64,000 nucleotides of DNA from Gemmatimonadaceae bacterium (lineage in GTDB: Bacteria; Gemmatimonadota; Gemmatimonadetes; Gemmatimonadales; Gemmatimonadaceae). The DNA lies in assembly GCA_051859245.1 (NCBI GenBank), contig JBHYGA010000001.1, positions 96,001-160,000 of the forward strand. Reading direction: 5' to 3'. Made by a program: the position numbers and the translations under genes. This document shows, in pieces, positions 19,110 through 27,207 of this stretch. Each line of letters begins with the position of its first letter. Position 1 is the first letter of the stretch. Below the pieces are notes generated by a model. It was given only the letters and a program-made list of their open reading frames with translations. It was not told where the DNA came from and did no database searches.

Positions 19110-21157
19110 TGGGTGCACGACCGTTCGCCGGAATGCTTGGTGCACTGTCGCTGCTGATGTGCTCGACCACGCTGCAGGCACAGACATCGCCGCTGCCCGA
19201 GCGCACCATTCGCCGCGATATCCCAATTACCAACGCCATTCGCAGAGCGTTTGAAGCGGGTACGCGAGATTCCACCGGGCGACCGGGGCGCAACTACTGG
19301 AAGCTGCGCGCCGACTACACGATTCGTGTACGCCTCGATACATCAGCGTCGCGATTGCACGGCACGGAGTCAGTGGTGGTGCACAACACCAGTCCCGATA
19401 CGATGACCGTGATTGGGTTGCGTCTCGATCCCAATCATTTCATCGGAACGGTGCCGCGTGCCGCGAGTTGGGTACCGGCGGAAAACACGGATGGCATGGT
19501 GATCACCAAACTTTCAGTGAATGGTCAGGACGCCAATCTGAGCGCGCCCCCAGCCGGTGCGCAGGGTGGTTCTACGGGACCCGTGCTCACCGGTGCGAAA
19601 TCCACGGTGGCACGTGTTCGTTTGCCGGCGCCACTGCCGCCGCGTGCATCCGCGACGCTCAGTATTGAGTGGAATCACCAGCTACCGGGCGGCCCCGGCG
19701 TTGGGCACCGCATGACGCAGCGTTGGGCCGACTCGTTGTATCAGCCAACGCAGTGGTATCCGCGTGTGGCGATGTACGACGATCTGCGTGGGTGGGACGC
19801 CGAGTTGTATCTCGGTCCGTCGGAGTTCTACAACGTGTTTGGCAAGTTTGATGTACGCATTGATGCACCCGCGGGTTGGTTGGTCAGCGGTACGGGTGTG
19901 CTGCAAAATCCTGAGCAGGTGCTGACACCAACCGCGCGCGAGCGGCTGACGCGTGTGCTGTCGACCGACGCGAACACGATGATCGTAGGACCGGATGAAG
20001 TGGGACCGGGTCGCGCGACCGCGAAGGGTGACGCCAACGGTCGACTGGTGTGGCACTTTGTGGCCGATACGGTGAACGATTTTGCGTGGGCGACGGCGCG
20101 TAAGTTTGTGTGGGAATCCACGCGCGCAACGATTCCAGGCAAGGGCGCCGTTCCGATTCACATGTTCTATCTGCCGGGCCGAGCGGCGCAGTTCGCGCGA
20201 GCGGGTCAGATCACGCGGCACGCGCTGGAGTTTTATTCGGCGCTGTGGTTTCCGTACCAGTTCCCTCAACTCACGTTGCAGGATGGTCCGAGCGCGGGCA
20301 TGGAGTATCCGATGGTGATCAACTCCAATCAGGGCGCGGCCGACCACGAAGCGGCGCACCAGTGGTGGCCGATGGTTGTTGGCAACAACGAAACGTGGTA
20401 CGGCTGGATGGACGAGGGATTCAATCAGTATATGAACATTCTGTCCGATGCGGATGCGGCCGGTCGCGCCCCTGTCCTTGATGGGCTCGGAATGACGTAT
20501 GGACGTACGGCAGGTAATGAAGCCGAGCCAGTGATGATGTGGAACGCGAACTACGGTGGTCCGCAGTTTTACGGATTCACCACGTATCAGAAAACGCCGC
20601 TCATGATGTCGATGCTTGGCGGCATTGTGGGTGACAGTGCGGTGCAGCGCGCGCACAAGGAGTGGGCGCAGGCGTGGATGTACAAACATCCGTCGCCGTG
20701 GGATTGGATGTTCTTCATGAACAAGGCCCTCGGTCGTGACCTCGGCTGGTTCTGGTATGCGTGGTTGTTCAGCAACGAAAGCGTGGACGGCAGCATCAGC
20801 AACGTGAGCGGAGTGAATGGTGAGGCCAGCGTTACGGTGAAGCAGTCGGGGCAGATGCCGTCGCCGGTGGTGCTGGAGGTGAAATTTGCGGCGACCGGAG
20901 AACCCATTCGCGCCATGAGCAACGCCGTGATGAAAGACAGTGTGACGGCGGTAGTGACGTATCCGGTGGATGTGTGGTTTGCGGGCAGTCGCACGTTTAC
21001 GGCGGCGTTGTCATTCGGGACGCGTGCGATTGAGTCGGTGACGTTGGATCCGGGGTGTCGTTTTCCGGATCGGATGCCCGCCGATAATGTGTGGGTGCGT
21101 GGGCAGGGAACGGCGGGTGCCAGTGCGGCGCCGTGTGCGGGGCCGGCCCGGCGGTAG
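19109..21157 (+). CDS. M1 family metallopeptidase, secreted
   Basis: AGMEYP, HEAAH-x18-E; GRPGRNYW N-terminus; TAATG overlap with upstream gene. Confidence 0.88.
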   Translation: MGARPFAGMLGALSLLMCSTTLQAQTSPLPERTIRRDIPITNAIRRAFEAGTRDSTGRPGRNYWKLRADYTIRVRLDTSASRLHGTESVVVHNTSPDTMTVIGLRLDPNHFIGTVPRAASWVPAENTDGMVITKLSVNGQDANLSAPPAGAQGGSTGPVLTGAKSTVARVRLPAPLPPRASATLSIEWNHQLPGGPGVGHRMTQRWADSLYQPTQWYPRVAMYDDLRGWDAELYLGPSEFYNVFGKFDVRIDAPAGWLVSGTGVLQNPEQVLTPTARERLTRVLSTDANTMIVGPDEVGPGRATAKGDANGRLVWHFVADTVNDFAWATARKFVWESTRATIPGKGAVPIHMFYLPGRAAQFARAGQITRHALEFYSALWFPYQFPQLTLQDGPSAGMEYPMVINSNQGAADHEAAHQWWPMVVGNNETWYGWMDEGFNQYMNILSDADAAGRAPVLDGLGMTYGRTAGNEAEPVMMWNANYGGPQFYGFTTYQKTPLMMSMLGGIVGDSAVQRAHKEWAQAWMYKHPSPWDWMFFMNKALGRDLGWFWYAWLFSNESVDGSISNVSGVNGEASVTVKQSGQMPSPVVLEVKFAATGEPIRAMSNAVMKDSVTAVVTYPVDVWFAGSRTFTAALSFGTRAIESVTLDPGCRFPDRMPADNVWVRGQGTAGASAAPCAGPARR

Positions 21158-21205
21158 GGCGGTGGTGCGTGGTGCGTGCGTTAGTGTGCGTGCAGAGTGG
21201 GTAGC

Positions 21206-21555
21206 AACTGCAACAGCAAATGCATTCACCACGGAGACACGGAGGCACGGAGAGTGTGGTGCGGAAAGCGAGTGCTGATGTGCTTACCACGAATTGTTGA
21301 TAGGGCGCATTACTGATTCGAAGAATGAAGCAGCATGCAGTCTCTGCGTCTCTGCGCCTCTGTGTTTCAAGCAGTTGCAGTGAGCCGGCGTTCTGAGCGA
21401 GTGCGAGGTCGATACTGAATGAACGCAGAGACGCAGAGGCGCGGAGACTGCACGTTGGAGGCGGGCCGTGGGCGCTTTACGTATTCTTTTTGAGAACAAC
21501 GCACTCGCTGTAGCGACGTCCTCTCCGTGTCTCCGCGGTAAACGCTGTTGCAGTT
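21206..21555. repeat. Nested inverted-repeat array of 9-bp-periodic arms (REP/BIME- or MITE-like)
   Basis: Outer perfect IR AACTGCAACAGC 21206-21217 / GCTGTTGCAGTT 21544-21555; inner IR 21336-21366 / 21422-21452; arms built of CACGGAGAC/CGCAGAGGC units. Confidence 0.85.
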
Positions 21556-21608
21556 ACAGGTAACGACGATGCCCGGCGTCAGCGCCGACACCATACGCCA
21601 CACCCACT

Positions 21609-22676
21609 ATGATCAAAGCCCTGCGCGTCCCCGAGCGGTTGTTCGCCATTGCGATGTGGGGTGTCTCGCTTGTCTTCGCGAGTTTCCTGATCGGACTCGG
21701 TGGCAAGATTGTTGGTGATTTGCCTGGCGTTGATCAGAGCATTCAGCTCGAACAGTTCATTGATGCCAACGCGCTGCGGACTGTCAATGCGCGGCAGGAC
21801 ACCCTGCGTATTGAGGAACGCGCGCGTTCCGGTGAGCGCGAGCGCGCCGAACTGACACTGCGCGCATCGCAGAATGCGTACAGCGCGGCGCGCGACGGCT
21901 TCTCAAACTGGATTGCAACGCGCACCGCGACCACCGATCCCAACCAGGACCCGGAAGTCATTCAGCGTACACGTGAGCTTGATGTACTCGGCGTTGGCGC
22001 TCGGGACGCCGAAACGGCGGTCGAGCGCATTGACGCGGAGTTGCTGCGCATCCGGCAAGCGCAGTCTGACGCGATCCTTGCTGAAGAGTCGCTGCGCGAT
22101 GCGGCCCGATCAACGTACGAGCGCGCGCTCTTCTGGCACGAACTCAAGATCTTTGGTGTCCGCCTCGCGCTCACACTGCCACTGTTGGTGCTCGCGGGCT
22201 GGATAATCGCCCGCAAGCGCAAGAGCGAATACTGGCCGCTGTACCGCGGTTTCGTGCTCTTCGCCGTGTTTGCATTTTTTGTGGAGCTCGTGCCGTACTT
22301 GCCAAGTTACGGCGGCTACATTCGCTACGGTGTGGGCATCCTGGCGTCCGCGATCGTGGGTCACTACGCGATTCGCGCCATGCGCCGCTATCTCGCGCGC
22401 CGGCAGGAAGAAGCGCAGCGCACAGAGGCTGAGCGACGACACGCGCTGGGTTACGAAGAGGCGCTCAAGCGCATGGGTGCAGGCGTGTGCCCCGGATGCG
22501 AACGTGCGATCGCCGGTGGCGTGAACTCGGCCTCGAACTTCTGCGTGCACTGCGGCATGACACTTTATGATCAGTGTGGCGCGTGCGAGACGCGAAAGAA
22601 CGCATTCTTTCAGTTCTGTCCGAGTTGTGGAGTTCCCGCCACCGACGACCCTTCGCCCGTGCTGACTACCACCTGA
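21609..22676 (+). CDS. Membrane protein with coiled coil and C-terminal double zinc ribbon
   Basis: N-terminal TM, long helical region, three more TM, then CPGC, CVHC, CGAC, CPSC. Confidence 0.82.
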   Translation: MIKALRVPERLFAIAMWGVSLVFASFLIGLGGKIVGDLPGVDQSIQLEQFIDANALRTVNARQDTLRIEERARSGERERAELTLRASQNAYSAARDGFSNWIATRTATTDPNQDPEVIQRTRELDVLGVGARDAETAVERIDAELLRIRQAQSDAILAEESLRDAARSTYERALFWHELKIFGVRLALTLPLLVLAGWIIARKRKSEYWPLYRGFVLFAVFAFFVELVPYLPSYGGYIRYGVGILASAIVGHYAIRAMRRYLARRQEEAQRTEAERRHALGYEEALKRMGAGVCPGCERAIAGGVNSASNFCVHCGMTLYDQCGACETRKNAFFQFCPSCGVPATDDPSPVLTTT

Positions 22677-23523
22677 TGTCGATGTCGTAGCGGGCCGCGC
22701 CACCACGAGGATCGCGCACACGCACAATGCCGGTGTACTCGTTCCACGGCGCGGGCTGCTGGGCCACAGACACATTGCCTCGCCCATCGGCGTACACGAC
22801 ACGCAGCAGTCCGGATTCACGCGGCAGGCCGGCACCACTGAACGTTGAACGGGCATCGCGTGTGCGCACACCGCTGCGCTCAACAATGTTGACGCTGCGC
22901 CCGCGGATGCGGAGTTCGACATCGTCGTCTACCAGTCCACTCCAACGCACGCCGCCGCTGTTGCGACCGTCGCGATCGTTGCGATCCCAGGGGCCGTCGC
23001 GATCATCGTCGCGATCACCACGTCCCCAGTCGTCATCCCGGTCGCGTGGATCGTAGCCACCGCGACGGACTTCCGGCTCCCATACTGCCGACAAGCGATA
23101 CCGGTCATCGCCGCCGCGGGGATCGCGCACGCGAACGATCGTGGTAAAGTTGTTGCGCGACGTGGGCTGCTGAATCACGTCAACATCACCGCGACCATCA
23201 ATCAGACGCACCCGCACCACACCATCGGTTCGCGGCAGCGCGCCGCTCGCACGGGGACGCTCTGTACGGCTGGCCAGAATGCCGCGCTCGCCACGTACGG
23301 TCAGTTCGCGGCCCTGCATCACCAGTAACACTTCGCGATCAACCGTACCCGACCAGGTAAACAACGGGCGCGCATTATCGCGTCCATTATTGCCGCGCGA
23401 TGCATTGCCGCGATTGTCGTTGTCTCGACCGTTACCGCGGCCGGGCTGCGCGTTCGCGTGATCTGCAGCGACAGCGAGGAACACGAGGGACATGCTTACA
23501 GCGGTCGCACGAAACAGAGACAT
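22666..23523 (-). CDS. Secreted hypothetical protein with an internally duplicated domain
   Basis: Signal peptide (ANA-Q); two copies of WSGxVD...LPR...DGRG...QQP...IVRVRDPRGG...RY...W; GGAG upstream. Confidence 0.82.
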   Translation of the reverse strand: MSLFRATAVSMSLVFLAVAADHANAQPGRGNGRDNDNRGNASRGNNGRDNARPLFTWSGTVDREVLLVMQGRELTVRGERGILASRTERPRASGALPRTDGVVRVRLIDGRGDVDVIQQPTSRNNFTTIVRVRDPRGGDDRYRLSAVWEPEVRRGGYDPRDRDDDWGRGDRDDDRDGPWDRNDRDGRNSGGVRWSGLVDDDVELRIRGRSVNIVERSGVRTRDARSTFSGAGLPRESGLLRVVYADGRGNVSVAQQPAPWNEYTGIVRVRDPRGGAARYDIDIRW

Positions 23524-23634
23524 GATGCTCTCCTGCTACTGACGCAGTGTCGCGCCGGGTCAGCGTTGCGTCATCCTGCTGACCGGTGAACGCTCGCCAA
23601 GTGCGTTATTGCCTTGGCGTCACTGGTGCAGGTG

Positions 23635-23651
23635 TGCAGAGAGAGTGCCAG
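23635..23651 (-). promoter_or_regulatory. Candidate sigma-54 (-24/-12) promoter
   Basis: Minus strand CTGGCACTCTCTCTGCA with exact GG-N10-GC spacing, about 110 nt upstream of the 23523 start. Confidence 0.55.
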
Positions 23652-23831
23652 ACGATGCGCGATTCGACATGAGGCGGCCTAAACGCCATTGGCCACGCGA
23701 CTTGCGCAGTTCGTGCGCGGTCAGCGTGGCCAATGTGTTGTCACCCGCAGGTGACAGCTCCCTCTGAAACGGCAGGACGAATCAGTACGCGAAACGTGTA
23801 AGAGCGTGCACCAATCAGCGCGTCTGCTTGC

Positions 23832-25013
23832 TCAACGGCTGGTGGGCCACACCACTCCCTGATCCCGCTTGGTGACCGGCCGCACACCTTTGTACACGAA
23901 ACGCTGCAGGCGTTTGCCTTCGTAGGTTTCGGTGGTAAAGATGTTGCCCTTGGAATCGGTGGCGATGCTGTGTACCGCAAAGAACTGTCCGGGCTGACGT
24001 CCGCCGTCGCCAAACGTGGTGAGCACTTCGAGTGACTGCCGGTCCATGACATGCACGCGCATGTTCTTGCCGTCGGCGAGATACATATACTTCTGCTCCG
24101 GGTCGCGCGAGAACGCGATGTCCCACGTGGAGCCGTCGCCGAGTGTGCGCGGCATGACTTGCACTTCCTTGACAAACGTACCGTTCTTGCGGAATACCTG
24201 AATACGATTGTTCGGTCGATCGCACACGTACACCAATCCGTCGCTGCTCGGCTCGGCGCAGTGCACCGGATTGCGGAACTGCTGAACGAGTGGCGCGTCG
24301 GGGTTGTATGGACCAAGGTTGCTGTCGCTCGGTGCGTTTCCGTACGCGCCCCAGAAGCGCTTGATGGCGCCCGTATTCAGATCGAGCACCGCGACGCGCT
24401 TGTTGAGATAGCCGTCGCTCACGTACGCTTCGTTCGCGGCGTTGTCGATGGAGATTTTTGCAACGCGACCAAAGGCATCCATCGACTTGCTGTCGGCCGC
24501 GCGACCCGGCACGCCATACTGCGCAATGAACTTGCCGTCGCGTGTGAACTTGAGAATGTGCGAATCGTTGGTGCCGTTGCCACCAATCCAGACGTGATCG
24601 TTCTTGTCGATCGAAATACCGTGATTGGACTGCGGCCACGTGTAGCCCTGACCTTCGCCGCCCCACGAATTCACGAGATTGCCTTCCGGATCGAACTCGA
24701 GCACCGGCGGAGCGGCCGCGCAGCAGGCGCCGGTTGGCGGGTCAGAGAGCAACCCCGCTTCGGTGCGCGCGTTCAGTGTGGCCGCGCCGCGATGCACAAT
24801 GAACACGTGATCGCGCGAGTCGACACCGACACCAATCACCATGCCAAGCAGCCAATGGTTCGGGAGCGGCTTGGGCCACAGCGGGTCGACCTCGAAGGCT
24901 GGCGCCTGCTGTTGATCGGCCACCGCTTCGCTCACGCGGGACTGGGCAATAGCGAGGGCAACGATGACCGTGCAGAGCAAACCAGCGAGCAGTGGCTTGG
25001 ACGGGGTGCGCAT
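23832..25013 (-). CDS. NHL-repeat protein, peptidyl-alpha-hydroxyglycine alpha-amidating lyase (PAL)-like
   Basis: Signal peptide; WPK, NHGI, SDGYxN, PVHC, CDRxNNRIQ, VHSIATD. Confidence 0.82.
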   Translation of the reverse strand: MRTPSKPLLAGLLCTVIVALAIAQSRVSEAVADQQQAPAFEVDPLWPKPLPNHWLLGMVIGVGVDSRDHVFIVHRGAATLNARTEAGLLSDPPTGACCAAAPPVLEFDPEGNLVNSWGGEGQGYTWPQSNHGISIDKNDHVWIGGNGTNDSHILKFTRDGKFIAQYGVPGRAADSKSMDAFGRVAKISIDNAANEAYVSDGYLNKRVAVLDLNTGAIKRFWGAYGNAPSDSNLGPYNPDAPLVQQFRNPVHCAEPSSDGLVYVCDRPNNRIQVFRKNGTFVKEVQVMPRTLGDGSTWDIAFSRDPEQKYMYLADGKNMRVHVMDRQSLEVLTTFGDGGRQPGQFFAVHSIATDSKGNIFTTETYEGKRLQRFVYKGVRPVTKRDQGVVWPTSR

Positions 25014-25147
25014 GGACGAGAAAGCTCCCGGGAGTGGCAGCCGATGCTGTGCGAATCGGCGGGGCGTGATAAGTTCGGCGGGTACGGTGGGACGCCACGG
25101 CTCGCGGATGTGTCCGGTCGCCAGAGCGTACGCTAACTAACGCACCA

Positions 25148-26551
25148 TTGCGCCATTCGTCCAGAGCATTTGTTCTCGTGCCTTCAATATTCCGGGATTT
25201 GCGTCTCGCGTGGTTCGTTCTGACGCTCTGCGCGTGTTGGTGCGCGTCGTTTGCACCTCGGACGGCCCGTGCCCACGAGATGCCACAGCGCGTGGCGATC
25301 ACGCTGCTGGTCAAACACGAAGCCGGTCGCCTGCACGTGCTGGTCCGCGTTCCCCTCGAAGCCATGCGCGACGTGGACTTTGTCACGCGCGCCGACAGCA
25401 CGCTCGATATTGCGCTCGCCACGCCGCTGCTTCGCGAGGCGGCCACGGTGTGGCTGGTGTCGGGTCTCTCGGCGTACGAAGACGGCCGAGCAATGCCCAT
25501 GGCCACGGTGCTGGCAACGCGCCTCGCCGAGCCTGCGGATCGCGCGTTCTCGCGATACGAGATGGCGCTCTCGGCGCTGCAGCGGTCTGAGGTGGACACA
25601 ACGATCCGGGTGCGACGCGAAGAGGCGCTGCTCGATGTGTGGCTGGAGTATCCAGTTGCCAACGCTGGCGCGCGCTTTGAGGTCGAACCGAAGCTCGCGA
25701 ATCTGGGCGTGCGCACGGTGACCGTGCTGCGCTATGTGCTAAACGACAATACCGAGCGGGCCTTTCAGTACGCCGGCGATCCGGGGCGCATTGCGCTTGA
25801 TCCGCGCTGGTACCAGGCGGCACGAACCTTTGTGTCACTCGGATTCACGCACATTCTCGGCGGTATTGATCATCTGCTGTTTGTGTTCTGTCTGGTGATA
25901 CCGGTGCGTCGCTGGCGCCCACTCGTCGCGATCGTGTCGGCGTTCACGGTTGCGCATTCCCTCACGCTGGCCACGGCGGCGTTGGGTTACACACCGGACG
26001 CACTCTGGTTTCCGCCGCTCGTGGAAACGCTGATCGCCGCGTCCATCGTATATATGGCGATCGAAAACGTGGTTCGCCCTGAAAAAGCACTCGAGCGTCG
26101 CTGGCCCATGGCGTTTGGCTTCGGGCTCGTTCACGGCTTTGGCTTTTCGTTCGCGCTGGCGGAGTCGCTGCAGTTTGTGGGCTCGCATCTCGTGACGTCA
26201 CTGGCCGCATTCAACGTGGGTGTGGAGCTCGGACAGGTGGCGGTGCTTGCGGTGGCGGTGCCGGCGCTCGCGTTCGTCGCGAAGCGCGTGCCAAATCGGT
26301 ACGCCCTCACGGTCGCGCTCTCGGCCATCGTTGCACACTCGGCGTGGCACTGGATGACGGAGCGCGGCGCCGAGCTGCTCACGTATGACGTATCGCTGGT
26401 GGCGCCAGGCGCGGTAGTATGGCTGACGGTGTTGCGCGGCGCGCTGCTGCTGGCGGTCGCCGGCGCCGTTGCCTGGGGCCTTTCGGGCGTGTTTGACCGG
26501 CTGTCCGCTGAGCCGGGCGGTCGGGCAGCGCCACCGGAGCAGGCGGTGTAG
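25148..26551 (+). CDS. HupE/UreJ family membrane protein with N-terminal periplasmic domain
   Basis: GFTHILGGIDHLLF, FTVAHSLTL, FGLVHGFGF, FNVGVELGQ; A-R-A-H-E signal cleavage; start uncertain. Confidence 0.87.
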   Translation: MRHSSRAFVLVPSIFRDLRLAWFVLTLCACWCASFAPRTARAHEMPQRVAITLLVKHEAGRLHVLVRVPLEAMRDVDFVTRADSTLDIALATPLLREAATVWLVSGLSAYEDGRAMPMATVLATRLAEPADRAFSRYEMALSALQRSEVDTTIRVRREEALLDVWLEYPVANAGARFEVEPKLANLGVRTVTVLRYVLNDNTERAFQYAGDPGRIALDPRWYQAARTFVSLGFTHILGGIDHLLFVFCLVIPVRRWRPLVAIVSAFTVAHSLTLATAALGYTPDALWFPPLVETLIAASIVYMAIENVVRPEKALERRWPMAFGFGLVHGFGFSFALAESLQFVGSHLVTSLAAFNVGVELGQVAVLAVAVPALAFVAKRVPNRYALTVALSAIVAHSAWHWMTERGAELLTYDVSLVAPGAVVWLTVLRGALLLAVAGAVAWGLSGVFDRLSAEPGGRAAPPEQAV

Positions 26552-26691
26552 TGATGTCGGGAATCGGTGCTGCGCTGGCCTGCGGGCGCGTGTGGCGACA
26601 GATTCAAGCTCTGCTGTGGTACATCGCTTCTGACTCAAAATTCCGTATGATTGCTTGCTCGGCGAAGTTGCCGCAGAATCGGCGTTGGAGA

Positions 26692-27123
26692 ATGCTGGCG
26701 CTCATGGTGGCGTGTCTCGCAACGATTGTGGCGCCGCGGACTGTGCTCGCGCAGGGCCCGGCGGCGCGTACCACCGTTGACGGTGTGTACACGTCGGTGC
26801 AGGCCACGAAGGGCGCGGACATCTACGCCATGTTGTGCCAGTCGTGTCACTCAGCCGAGTCGCACACAGGCGCGCCGTTTCGCAACAAGTGGGTCGGCAA
26901 GCCGCTCGGCGAACTCTTCGCGTATATCAGCAGTGAAATGCCAAAGACGGAGCCCGGTTCGCTGAGTGCTGATGAGTATACGGTGGTGTTGGCCTACATT
27001 CTCAAAATGAATGGCATGCCTGCGGGACGACGATCGCTTGTGGCGGATGCGTCCGCGCTGGATTCCATTCGCATTGATCTTCCGAAAAAAGGCGTAACTG
27101 GCGGCAGCTCGCGCCAGCGCTGA
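26692..27123 (+). CDS. Monoheme cytochrome c
   Basis: Signal peptide, CQSCH, distal MP motif; start uncertain (26647-26704). Confidence 0.85.
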   Translation: MLALMVACLATIVAPRTVLAQGPAARTTVDGVYTSVQATKGADIYAMLCQSCHSAESHTGAPFRNKWVGKPLGELFAYISSEMPKTEPGSLSADEYTVVLAYILKMNGMPAGRRSLVADASALDSIRIDLPKKGVTGGSSRQR

Positions 27124-27207
27124 CCTGTTTGCAGTACCGGTTGCCGAACCGCTGTCCCCTCCTGTCGGCAACCGCACGTGATCCCCACACGATCGAGAGT
27201 GCGCGTC

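Noticed and set aside
21206..21555. Possible CRISPR array or short ORFs within the repeat region
   Set aside because: Repeats are inverted and internally periodic, not direct repeats with unique equal-length spacers; no cas genes; ORFs have no coding signature.
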